Below, piece by piece: positions 19,629 to 28,441 of a stretch of DNA of 64,000 bases. The notes beneath the pieces are model-generated. The model searched no databases. It was not told the DNA's origin and was given only the letters and a program-made list of their open reading frames with translations. Each line of letters begins with the position of its first letter. Positions within the stretch are counted from its first letter, which is position 1. The DNA is from an uncultured Lachnospiraceae bacterium (GTDB lineage: Bacteria; Bacillota; Clostridia; Lachnospirales; Lachnospiraceae): NCBI GenBank assembly GCA_964475115.1, contig CAYYVJ010000001.1, positions 8,809 to 72,808 of the forward strand. Direction: 5' to 3'. The translations under genes were made by a program, and so were the position numbers.

Positions 19629-19860
19629 ATACAAAAGATGACGAATGTTTCCTGGAATGTACGAAAATCTTGTTATTTTGAACCTACATTTACTTTTATG
19701 GGATTCCTAAATCGCTGACAAGATGTCAAGCCTCCTCTGAGTGGAAGGCAGAATGTTAGTTGCGGTTACCCACCTAGCGCTGCTAGGAGTCAAAATTACA
19801 GGAAACGGCATTTTGGGACATAACCAAAGATGAAGAGGCAACCGAAAGGTTGCCTTTTTT
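19629..19860 (+). ncRNA. ssrS: Candidate 6S RNA primary transcript (mature core about 19643-19823)
   Basis: It has its own promoter and terminator and no credible ORF. The 5' arm 19645-19686 pairs with the 3' arm 19784-19821. There are collinear short matches to B. subtilis 6S-1 as I remember it (TTTTGAACC, TAAATCG, GGGACAT). Confidence 0.55.
19836..19860 (+). terminator. Rho-independent terminator of the ncRNA unit
   Basis: AGGCAACC-gaaa-GGTTGCCT followed by TTTTT. Confidence 0.85.
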
Positions 19861-19948
19861 GCTATAAAAAAAAGTTCTACGGCATTATTCTAAAGACATT
19901 TGCATATATTAGGAAAGAAAAAGTTGTCCAAATGAACGAGAGAGGGAT

Positions 19949-21682
19949 ATGAGAAAATCTGAACTTATAAGAATGTTTTTTATAATTGGAATAATAGTAA
20001 TTGTTTTTTTTCTTTGGAACGAAAGTGAAAAAACAGATAAGGAGAAAGAAGAACCTAAGATATCGTCTAAGCAGACTTATGAAAATGCATGGATAGTAAC
20101 GGTCAAAGATGATAAGCTCGTTATGTATGCGGATGGAAGCCTTAGAGAATTTGAAGTAAAAGGAATGAATCCTATTCAAGATACAATGGCGGATGTAGTG
20201 GTAAAAGGAGGAAAAGTAAAAAAAATTAGTCTTAAAACAGAAACGATAGGCGGTAAGGTACTAGCCATAGGAGAAGATTTTGTGGAAATAGAAGGATATG
20301 GGAAAATACCATTATCCCCTAGCTATGCTTTCTATAAAAATTATGATACGGTCCAAGAGATAGAGTGGACGGGAATCTTAGTTGGATATGAAGGACAAAA
20401 TTTTATTGTAGGTAATGGCCAAGTGTGTGGAGCTATTATTTCCACTCCTATTGTTGCTAAGAATATAAGGGCTCTTATTATGACTGATAATTATCAGGAT
20501 AATTATCATGAAAGGGTGAACATCACATCTACTTCTCCATTTTCTATCGAGTATAAAGATGGTATAAAAATGTGCGAAGCTGGTGAAGAAGTAGAATTTA
20601 CAGCGGAAAGTGAGATTTTAAATGAAGGAAGAGTTATAATATCTTCTGAAGAGGATGCCAAAATAAGCATATTGTCGATAGAGAGAGGATATGGAGTTCC
20701 TTCCTATCATGGTAGACTTGAGATTGTAAAAGAAGGAAATGCCTTGTTGATAATAAATGAATTATCACTAGAAGAGTATTTGTACTCGGTGGTTCCCAGT
20801 GAAATGCCTGCAGGATATGGTTTGGAAGCATTGAAAGCACAAGCAGTTTGTGCGAGAAGTTATGCCTATAAACATATGATGAAAAATAGCCTTAGTATGC
20901 TTGGAGCTCATGTAAATGATAGTGCGAAATATCAGGTATATAATAATCTTGCTGAGCATGAACTTTCCACAAAAGCTGTAGATGAAACCATGGGACAAAT
21001 AATGGTTTCAGGTGAGGAAGTGGTAGAAGCATACTATTTTTCTACTTCTTGTGGGCACACAACAGATGCTGATATTTGGGGAAGTAATATAGAATTGTCC
21101 TATATTGCAGGAAAATTATTAAGTGATCAACCCCAAGTTTTAGATTTGAAAGATGAAAATACATTCAAAACATTTATAAAGGATACATCCCTCTATACCT
21201 ATGATATAGAATTTCCTTGGTACCGTTGGAACATAACTTTTACATTGGATGACTTAACAAGTTTAATGAATATAAATACAGGAAATACCTTTGCTGATAA
21301 AGTGAAAAATATTCAGGTAACTAGAAGAGGAACGGGTGGTATCGCTACAGAACTTACAGTAATAGGGAATAAATCAAAAACCGTGATTGATACCGAGTAT
21401 AATATACGTAACTTGTTAGCTCCGAAAGGATACGAATTGTATAAAAATGATGGTAGTACTACTACTAGCTTTAACTTGCTACCAAGTGCTTTTTTTACTT
21501 TGGAAGAAATACAAGAAAACAATGTGTTGATAGGATATAAGCTTTATGGTGGTGGATTTGGCCATGGTGCAGGAATGAGTCAAAATGGTGTAAAGGCCAT
21601 GACGGATAAAGGAATGACCTATATAGAAATCCTACATTTTTTCTATAATGAAATTGAAATAAAAAACTATCTTGCAGGATGA
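19949..21682 (+). CDS. SpoIID/LytB-domain protein (membrane-anchored)
   Basis: N-terminal TM, then LEEYLYSVVPSEMPAGYGLEALKAQAVCARSYA and YYFSTSCGHT SpoIID-domain motifs. Confidence 0.85.
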   Translation: MRKSELIRMFFIIGIIVIVFFLWNESEKTDKEKEEPKISSKQTYENAWIVTVKDDKLVMYADGSLREFEVKGMNPIQDTMADVVVKGGKVKKISLKTETIGGKVLAIGEDFVEIEGYGKIPLSPSYAFYKNYDTVQEIEWTGILVGYEGQNFIVGNGQVCGAIISTPIVAKNIRALIMTDNYQDNYHERVNITSTSPFSIEYKDGIKMCEAGEEVEFTAESEILNEGRVIISSEEDAKISILSIERGYGVPSYHGRLEIVKEGNALLIINELSLEEYLYSVVPSEMPAGYGLEALKAQAVCARSYAYKHMMKNSLSMLGAHVNDSAKYQVYNNLAEHELSTKAVDETMGQIMVSGEEVVEAYYFSTSCGHTTDADIWGSNIELSYIAGKLLSDQPQVLDLKDENTFKTFIKDTSLYTYDIEFPWYRWNITFTLDDLTSLMNINTGNTFADKVKNIQVTRRGTGGIATELTVIGNKSKTVIDTEYNIRNLLAPKGYELYKNDGSTTTSFNLLPSAFFTLEEIQENNVLIGYKLYGGGFGHGAGMSQNGVKAMTDKGMTYIEILHFFYNEIEIKNYLAG

Positions 21683-21706
21683 ATTTATCTTGCAAGATAG
21701 TTTTTT
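21665..21706. terminator. Terminator between the convergent SpoIID-like and yihY-like genes
   Basis: AACTATCTTGCA (21665-76) / TGCAAGATAGTT (21691-702) followed by TTTT. The stop codon sits in the loop. Confidence 0.75.
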
Positions 21707-21721
21707 GTGTAAAAATATTTC

Positions 21722-22558
21722 TTAGTTGATAGGAGTAACCGTTTCTTTTATGTTAGGTTCAAAAAAAACATTGATTTCCGCACCAATGAAAAGAATGTAC
21801 ATGCAGAAGTATAGCCAAAGCATAATTAGTACAATAGCAGTTAAACTGCCGTACATATAGGAAAAGTTACTAAAATTATCAATATAGATAGAAAAGAAAA
21901 AGGAAAATAACATCCATCCACTAGCTGCAAATAAGGCACCAGGAGTTTGTAGGATCAGTGTGGATGGCCTATCAGGTATTATTTTATAGAGTAAGGAAAA
22001 GAAAAGCGTTAATATTGATAGAGCAAGTAGAGGACGAAGTATTATGAGAACATTTGCAAGGGTCTCTAAGAATGGAAATCTGGTTTCTATCAATATAAAA
22101 AGTGTGTTTCCAAAAACTAGAATGGTTAAGGTAAAAAGTAAAGTTAAAATAAGTATAATTGTATATAATATAGAAATAAAACGAAGTGTTATAAAATTTC
22201 TTGTTTCATTGATTTGATAAATTGAATTCAATCCACGCACGACAGAAAGGGTACCTTTAGAAGCGGACCATAATGTGGTCAGGGCAGTTAAAGAAATAAT
22301 AGTACCAGAAGATTTACTATATAATTCATCTATAATGTTAATGATAAATGGTTCAAGAGCATCAGGCATAGACCTAACCATAAGGTAGGACAAATCAGCC
22401 TTCGTAATGGGTAAAAATTGAATCAGATTTAGAATCATTATAATTAATGGAAATGCTGAAATTATAATAAAAAGAGCAGATTGTGCAGAGAATGCACTGA
22501 CATAATCTTTTTTCATTTTAAATAAAAAGGATCTTGCAGTTTTGATTTTAGCTAGCAT
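21722..22558 (-). CDS. YihY/BrkB family membrane protein
   Basis: Six TM segments and a YihY-type N-terminus MLAKIKTARSFLFKMKKDYVSAFSAQSALF. The ORF track starts at 22642, but the ATG at 22558 has an upstream GGAG. Confidence 0.8.
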   Translation of the reverse strand: MLAKIKTARSFLFKMKKDYVSAFSAQSALFIIISAFPLIIMILNLIQFLPITKADLSYLMVRSMPDALEPFIINIIDELYSKSSGTIISLTALTTLWSASKGTLSVVRGLNSIYQINETRNFITLRFISILYTIILILTLLFTLTILVFGNTLFILIETRFPFLETLANVLIILRPLLALSILTLFFSLLYKIIPDRPSTLILQTPGALFAASGWMLFSFFFSIYIDNFSNFSYMYGSLTAIVLIMLWLYFCMYILFIGAEINVFFEPNIKETVTPIN

Positions 22559-22718
22559 ATTTTTATCACTCCAGTTTTCATATCTTATTATATTGATATT
22601 ACTATAATATAATGCATAGGTAAAGGCTGTTTTAAACCTCACATTGACATTTCATTATTTATAAGTGAAAATAAAGAGAGAGAATTCAAAAGTGAAAAGC
22701 AGCAAAGAGGAGAACAGA

Positions 22719-24428
22719 ATGGAGAAATGGTTTGTGTATGGTAAAAAGGCTGATTTTGAAGAAATAAGCCAGAAGTTTGCTATTGATCCTGTGATAGCAA
22801 GGATTATTAGAAATAGAGACATCGTTGAGGAAGAGCAGATTTCTAAATATTTAGAAGGTGGATTAGCTGACTTATATGACCCGCATCTTATGAAAGATAT
22901 AGATAAAGCAGCGGATATTCTGTTAGAAAAGAAAAAAGAAGGAAAAAAGGTTAGAGTAATTGGAGATTATGATATTGATGGAGTCAATTCTCTTTATATA
23001 CTGTTGATGGCATTAAAACGCCTAGGATTAGAAGTGGATGGCGAGATACCACATCGAATTAAAGATGGATACGGAATAAATGAAACCTTGATTCAGGCTG
23101 CATTTGATGATGGAATCGATACAATTCTTACATGCGATAATGGTATTGCGGCGATTAAACAAATAGAGTATGCAAAAAAACTAGGCATGACAGTTGTTGT
23201 TACAGATCATCATGAAATCTTTTATACTGGAGAAGGAGAAGATAAAATATCTACTTTGCCAAATGCAGATGCAATTGTGAATCCGAAACAAGAGGATTGT
23301 CCCTACCCATTTAAAAGCTTGTGTGGTGCAGGTGTGGCATTTAAGCTAGCACAAGTATTATATGAGAGAGAAGGATTGGAAGACGAAATATGGGAGTTCC
23401 TTGAATATGTTGCGATTGCTACAATAGGAGACATTATGGATCTGTTAGATGAAAATCGCATTCTTGTAAAAGAAGGCCTTAAAAGATTAAAGAAAACAAA
23501 GAATTTCGGCCTTTCAGCCTTGATGGAAGTTACAAAAGTAGATCCTGGTAGATTAAGTTCTTATCATATCGGTTTTGTTCTAGGTCCTTGCCTAAATGCG
23601 GGTGGAAGATTGGACACGGCTAAAAGAGCCCTTGAGCTTTTAATGAGCGAGAATAAGGCGGAAGGAGAGAATTTGGCTGGGGAGCTAAAGTCATTAAATG
23701 ATAGTCGAAAAGAAATGACAAAAAAAGGAACAGAAGATGCAATTAGCTTAATTGAAACAAGTAGCTTAAAAGAAGATAAAGTATATGTAATCTATTTACC
23801 TGATTGCCATGAAAGTCTAGCTGGAATTATAGCAGGAAGAGTTCGTGAACAGTATCATAAGCCGGTATTTGTTTTAACAAATGCAGAAGAAGGAGTGAAA
23901 GGTTCTGGACGTTCGATTGAAGCCTATCACATGTTTGATGAACTAGTAAAAGTTCAAGACTTATTAGATAAATTTGGTGGACATCCTATGGCAGCGGGTT
24001 TATCCATGAAAAAAGAAAATGTTGAAACATTTAGAGAAAAAGTAAATAAAAATGCTGAATTAACAGAAGAAGATTTTGTTTCAAAGATATGGATTGATTC
24101 TCCCATGCCATTTCATTACATTAATGAAGCGTTTATAAAGCAGCTAGAGTTATTGGAGCCGTTTGGAAAAGCAAATCATAAGCCGGTTTTTGCTGAAAGT
24201 GATGTGAAAGTAATTAATAGCAGAATTGTTGGTGCAAATGAGAATGTATTAAAGCTTTTACTTATGGACAAGAATGGTTATCAAATAGAAGGTGTCTATT
24301 TTGGAGATGCAAAAGGCTTTCATGAATTTTTACAAAACAAAGCTATTATATCAATTTTATACTATCCTTCTATCAACGAATTCAGGGGTGCTGTTTCCTT
24401 ACAAGTGGTGATTCAAGGGTATTGTTAA
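22719..24428 (+). CDS. recJ: Single-stranded-DNA-specific exonuclease RecJ
   Basis: DHH motifs (IGDYDIDG, TCDNG, VTDHH) and DHHA1 (GGHPMAAG). The ATG at 22719 follows AGAGGAGAA. Confidence 0.9.
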   Translation: MEKWFVYGKKADFEEISQKFAIDPVIARIIRNRDIVEEEQISKYLEGGLADLYDPHLMKDIDKAADILLEKKKEGKKVRVIGDYDIDGVNSLYILLMALKRLGLEVDGEIPHRIKDGYGINETLIQAAFDDGIDTILTCDNGIAAIKQIEYAKKLGMTVVVTDHHEIFYTGEGEDKISTLPNADAIVNPKQEDCPYPFKSLCGAGVAFKLAQVLYEREGLEDEIWEFLEYVAIATIGDIMDLLDENRILVKEGLKRLKKTKNFGLSALMEVTKVDPGRLSSYHIGFVLGPCLNAGGRLDTAKRALELLMSENKAEGENLAGELKSLNDSRKEMTKKGTEDAISLIETSSLKEDKVYVIYLPDCHESLAGIIAGRVREQYHKPVFVLTNAEEGVKGSGRSIEAYHMFDELVKVQDLLDKFGGHPMAAGLSMKKENVETFREKVNKNAELTEEDFVSKIWIDSPMPFHYINEAFIKQLELLEPFGKANHKPVFAESDVKVINSRIVGANENVLKLLLMDKNGYQIEGVYFGDAKGFHEFLQNKAIISILYYPSINEFRGAVSLQVVIQGYC

Positions 24429-24546
24429 GTGACATGGAAGCTTGACACTAAAAGGGCAGAATGATATAGTTATAATGTTTGCAAAAATGAAATGATTTAA
24501 GTACATAAAATAGAATTGGAAAAAGTGATTTTATAGGAGAATAGAT

Positions 24547-25269
24547 ATGAAACATAATTTATATGTCAAAGATTACCTTGTAAAATTTGAAAATCAACAA
24601 GAGAATAAAAGTGTTCAAGATGCCTATCTTTTATCGGGTTCTTTGCAACTTTATTTAGCAACAGGTGATATAGAATACAAAGATTTTATTAGCAGATATG
24701 TGGAAGCTGCAAATGGCTTAAACGATTTGGCTATTGGAAAAGTCTTGTTTTATTTATATGAAGAAACAAAAGAAGAAAAATATAGAAAAGCCATTGAAGA
24801 GATTGTGAAAAAAGGGGAAAATAGCCCTAAAGATTTGGAAGAATTTTATATGGTAATGCCTACTTATGCAGAGTATGGAACTAAGATTGGGAAAAAAGAA
24901 AACTACAATGATATTATTACACAATTTAAAAATATAAGAGCTACAATTAAAACAGACAGTGAAAAAGAGTTGTATTTAATGACGTTAGTGGAAACGTTGG
25001 AAGTTATGTCAGAAGAAATCTTTGAGCATTACAAGACATTAGAAGTTTTTGCAAAAGAAGCGATTAAAGAAATGGAAAACAGCTCTGTTGTAAGAGCTTA
25101 TGGTATTTTGAAAGCGTGCAGATTAAAGGCTTTACTAAAAGAAAAGTATCAGGAAGTTGGAAGCAAGATACTTGATTCTGTTTCTGAACCAACATTCCCT
25201 GATCATAAGAATGCGGGAACATTTATGATGGCATATGCTCAGTTACTTTTATTAGGAAAAGAGGAATAA
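24547..25269 (+). CDS. Hypothetical protein, shortened GH88/GH105-like alpha/alpha-toroid relative
   Basis: LYLATGDIEYKDF, LYEETKEEKYRKA and FYMVMPTYAEYG resemble repeated GH105 helical motifs. It is only 240 aa. Confidence 0.4.
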   Translation: MKHNLYVKDYLVKFENQQENKSVQDAYLLSGSLQLYLATGDIEYKDFISRYVEAANGLNDLAIGKVLFYLYEETKEEKYRKAIEEIVKKGENSPKDLEEFYMVMPTYAEYGTKIGKKENYNDIITQFKNIRATIKTDSEKELYLMTLVETLEVMSEEIFEHYKTLEVFAKEAIKEMENSSVVRAYGILKACRLKALLKEKYQEVGSKILDSVSEPTFPDHKNAGTFMMAYAQLLLLGKEE

Positions 25270-25273
25270 TACG

Positions 25274-26845
25274 ATGGAGTTTAATATTATATTTCAGTCA
25301 GCAAGAAGTATTGTAATTGAATTGCTAGGTGCTGGGATTTATCAATTAGAAGATGAATACAGTATTTATATCGATGATAAACTACACCTGAATAGTAAAA
25401 AAGTTGTACAGACCATTGATGGTTTAATGCCAAATACATCCTATGATTTATATATAGAACAAAACGGCAAGAAATCTAAAACTATGAAGTTTCAAACGGA
25501 TAAAGAATCATTTACCTTAAATGTAAAAGCATTTGGTGCAAAAGGTGATGGTGAAAGGGATGATACTGGAAGTATTCAAGCTGCTATCTATGCTTGTCCA
25601 AAAGATGGAAGAGTTTTAGTTCCAAAAGGAATTTATAAAATAACTACTCTATTTTTAAAAAGTGATTTAAAGCTTGAATTAGCGGAAGGTGCTCTTCTTT
25701 CTGCTATTACAGAAAGAGAAAAGTATCCTATTTTCCCTGGAAGGATAGAAAGCTACGATGAAAGCGAAGAATACTATCTTGGTACTTGGGAAGGTAATCC
25801 TTTGGATATGTTTACAGGCATAATAACTGGCTTAAATGTATCTAATGTTGTTATATCTGGAAAAGGTACAATAGACGGGAATGCAAATACAGATAATTGG
25901 TGGAAAAACCCTAAGGTTCGAAATATAGCATGGAGACCAAGGCTTATTTTCTTGAGTAATTGTGAAAATGTTACGGTACAGGGAATTAGTGTGAAAAATA
26001 GTCCATCATGGAATATTCATCCATATTTTTCAAAGAATTTGAAATTTATTGATATTTCAGTTACAAACCCAAAAGATTCTCCTAACACAGATGGATTAGA
26101 TCCAGAGTCTTGTGAAAATGTAGATATTATTGGAGTATATTTTTCTTTAGGGGATGACTGTATTGCAGTAAAATCTGGTAAAGTATATATGGGATCAAAA
26201 TTCAAGGTATCTTCCAAAAACATTACAATTCGTCAATGTTGTATGCGAGACGGACATGGTTCCGTGACTCTTGGAAGCGAAATGGCAGCAGGAATTAAAA
26301 ATCTTATAGTAAAAGACTGCTTATTTCTAAACACTGACAGAGGTCTTAGAATTAAGACAAGAAGAGGTCGTGGAAAAGATGCGATTATTGATGATATTAT
26401 TTTTGAAAATATAATAATGGATCATGTAATGACTCCTTTTGTAATCAATTCTTTTTATTTTTGTGATCCAGATGGACGTACAGAATATGTTAGAACAAAA
26501 GAGACCTTAGCTGTAGATGAGAGAACTCCTTATATCAAGAAGTTGAAGTTTAAGGATATTACATGTACCAATGTCCATGTAGCAGGTGCTTTTGCCTATG
26601 GACTTCCTGAACAAAAAATCGAAAAGATTGAGATGGAAAATATATCAATCTCTTATACTGATTCACCTATAGCAGATGTTCCAGCGATGATGGAAGGTGT
26701 ATCACCAATGACGAAGCAGGGTGTATATGTGAATAATATTGAAACGTTTGAAATGCGTAATGTACAAATTGAAGGTTGCGTAGGTGAACCATTAACAGCA
26801 GAAAATGTGGATAATTTATTGCTTGATAATAAGACAATAAATTAG
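25274..26845 (+). CDS. Glycoside hydrolase family 28 (exo-polygalacturonase-like)
   Basis: NTDGLDPESC, GDDCIAVKSG, RDGHGSVTLGSE and RGLRIKT, the canonical GH28 catalytic motifs. Confidence 0.88.
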   Translation: MEFNIIFQSARSIVIELLGAGIYQLEDEYSIYIDDKLHLNSKKVVQTIDGLMPNTSYDLYIEQNGKKSKTMKFQTDKESFTLNVKAFGAKGDGERDDTGSIQAAIYACPKDGRVLVPKGIYKITTLFLKSDLKLELAEGALLSAITEREKYPIFPGRIESYDESEEYYLGTWEGNPLDMFTGIITGLNVSNVVISGKGTIDGNANTDNWWKNPKVRNIAWRPRLIFLSNCENVTVQGISVKNSPSWNIHPYFSKNLKFIDISVTNPKDSPNTDGLDPESCENVDIIGVYFSLGDDCIAVKSGKVYMGSKFKVSSKNITIRQCCMRDGHGSVTLGSEMAAGIKNLIVKDCLFLNTDRGLRIKTRRGRGKDAIIDDIIFENIIMDHVMTPFVINSFYFCDPDGRTEYVRTKETLAVDERTPYIKKLKFKDITCTNVHVAGAFAYGLPEQKIEKIEMENISISYTDSPIADVPAMMEGVSPMTKQGVYVNNIETFEMRNVQIEGCVGEPLTAENVDNLLLDNKTIN

Positions 26846-26857
26846 AAGGAGGTAAGA

Positions 26858-27694
26858 ATGAGAATAGGAATTCGTGCCCATGATATGGAAAAGGCTCCAA
26901 TTGAAGAATTAGTAAAAAATATCAGTAAAAAGGGCTTTCATTGTACTCAATTAGCGTTAAAAAAAGCGATCCATGATTTTAATGTAGATAATACTGCAAT
27001 GACTCCAGGAATGGCATTATATTTAAAACAAATATTTGCAGAAAATAAAGTGGATGTTGCAGTTTTAGGATGTTATTTAAATCTAGGAAATCCAAATAAA
27101 GAACAATTGGCAAAAACTGTAGAAACCTATAAATCTCACATTCGATTTGCAAGCTTATTAGGCTGTGGTGTGGTTGGAACTGAAACAGGTGCAGTGAATG
27201 AAGAATATAAATTTGAAGAAGCGAATCATTCTGAGGAAGCTTTAGATATTTTTATTAAGAATCTTCGACCTGTTGTTGAATATGCAGAAAAGATGGGTGT
27301 TATTTTTGCTATTGAACCTGTATATAGTCATATTGTCAGTGATATTAAAAGAGCAAGAAGAGTGCTAGATGAAATAGAATCACCAAATTTACAAATTATT
27401 TTTGATCCGGTGAATGTACTTTCTATTCATAATTATAAAAAACATGACGAAATAGTACATGAAGCATTTGATTTACTTGGAGATAATATTGCAATAATAC
27501 ATGCAAAAGACTTTGTTGTTGAAGGTGATCGAATCAAATCAGTTCCAGCAGGGATGGGACACTTTAATTATGATCTTTTATTAAAGTTAATTAAGGAATA
27601 TAAACCATTTATTCATGTGCTGCTAGAGGACACTGTCCCAGAAAACGCAAGCACTGTAAAAGAGTTTGTAGAAAATAAATATAATCAATTATAA
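26858..27694 (+). CDS. Sugar phosphate isomerase/epimerase (xylose-isomerase-like TIM barrel)
   Basis: The fold pattern ...GTETG...FAIEPV...IIHAKD...LLED is typical of the AP-endonuclease-2/XI-like TIM family. Confidence 0.7.
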   Translation: MRIGIRAHDMEKAPIEELVKNISKKGFHCTQLALKKAIHDFNVDNTAMTPGMALYLKQIFAENKVDVAVLGCYLNLGNPNKEQLAKTVETYKSHIRFASLLGCGVVGTETGAVNEEYKFEEANHSEEALDIFIKNLRPVVEYAEKMGVIFAIEPVYSHIVSDIKRARRVLDEIESPNLQIIFDPVNVLSIHNYKKHDEIVHEAFDLLGDNIAIIHAKDFVVEGDRIKSVPAGMGHFNYDLLLKLIKEYKPFIHVLLEDTVPENASTVKEFVENKYNQL

Positions 27695-27732
27695 AAAAAG
27701 TTTTCAAGAAAACTAGCTAGTGGAGGCAAAGG

Positions 27733-28248
27733 ATGAAACGAATAGAGGAATATGTAGTAAGCATTCCCAATTTCCCAGAGGAAGGCATTATTTTTAGAGA
27801 TGTAACTTCCATATTGCAAGATGCAGAGGGATTACAATTAGCAATAAATTTAATGCAAGAAAAAGTGAAAGATGAAGAGTTTGATATAGTAGTTGGACCA
27901 GAATCAAGAGGATTTATTTTTGGAGTTCCTATTGCCTATAATCTAAAAAAAGCATTTATACCTGTGCGAAAAAAGGGTAAACTTCCTAGAGAAACCATGT
28001 CTGTAAAGTATGACTTAGAATATGGTAGTGCGGAAGTTGAAATCCATAAAGATGCAATTAAGCCAGGACAAAAAGTTGTTATCATCGATGATTTATTGGC
28101 AACTGGTGGTACCTTAGCTGCAATTATAGAATTAGTAGGGGCCTTGGGTGGCGAAGTAGTAAAAATCGTTTGTTTAATGGAATTAGATGATTTAAAAGGA
28201 AAAGAAAAACTAGGCAAAAGCCTTGTTGAATCTGTAATTCATTATTAG
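27733..28248 (+). CDS. apt: Adenine phosphoribosyltransferase
   Basis: FRDVTSIL, GPESRGFIFG and the VVIIDDLLATGGT PRPP-binding motif. Length 171 aa. Confidence 0.92.
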   Translation: MKRIEEYVVSIPNFPEEGIIFRDVTSILQDAEGLQLAINLMQEKVKDEEFDIVVGPESRGFIFGVPIAYNLKKAFIPVRKKGKLPRETMSVKYDLEYGSAEVEIHKDAIKPGQKVVIIDDLLATGGTLAAIIELVGALGGEVVKIVCLMELDDLKGKEKLGKSLVESVIHY

Positions 28249-28262
28249 AAAATAGTGTGTAA

Positions 28263-28338
28263 ATGGAAGGTATTCATTATGAACCTTCCATTTGTTAATA
28301 GAATAGGAAATTTATTATGAATTTCCTATTCTATTAAC
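28263..28338. repeat. Two adjacent hairpins, including an 18-bp perfect inverted repeat
   Basis: ATGGAAGGT (28263-71) / ACCTTCCAT (28283-91), then GTTAATAGAATAGGAAAT (28294-311) / ATTTCCTATTCTATTAAC (28321-338). Both loops contain TTATGAA. Confidence 0.7.
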
Positions 28339-28441
28339 AAATCTCAGATAGATGCGCGTCAGCGCTAGAGTTCCTCAAAGAGTTTGTGTTTTCAAACTCT
28401 TGCGAAACTCTTTTTAAAAAAAGAAAAGGGCGGAAATTGTT

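Noticed and set aside
19638-19718. 26-codon ATG ORF inside the candidate 6S RNA
   Set aside because: There is no Shine-Dalgarno sequence upstream, and the region is better explained by long-range RNA pairing.
19700-19775. Resemblance of GATGTCAAGCCTCC and GCGGTTACCC to GEMM-I (c-di-GMP) or ydaO-type riboswitch motifs
   Set aside because: Only fragments match. I could not build the required GNRA-tetraloop and receptor helices or the pseudo-symmetric ydaO fold. The collinear similarity to 6S RNA is better. A covariance-model search is still needed to settle it.
19877-20179. 100-aa minus-strand ORF over the SpoIID-like gene start
   Set aside because: It is antisense to a supported gene. The sequence is Phe/Tyr/Ile-rich junk with no SD.
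28279-28357. Mini-ORFs (MNLPFVNRIGNLL and MNFLFY) inside the post-apt hairpins as leader peptides
   Set aside because: They have no SD sequences and no codon pattern suggesting attenuation. They are most simply by-products of the ATGA-containing hairpin loops.
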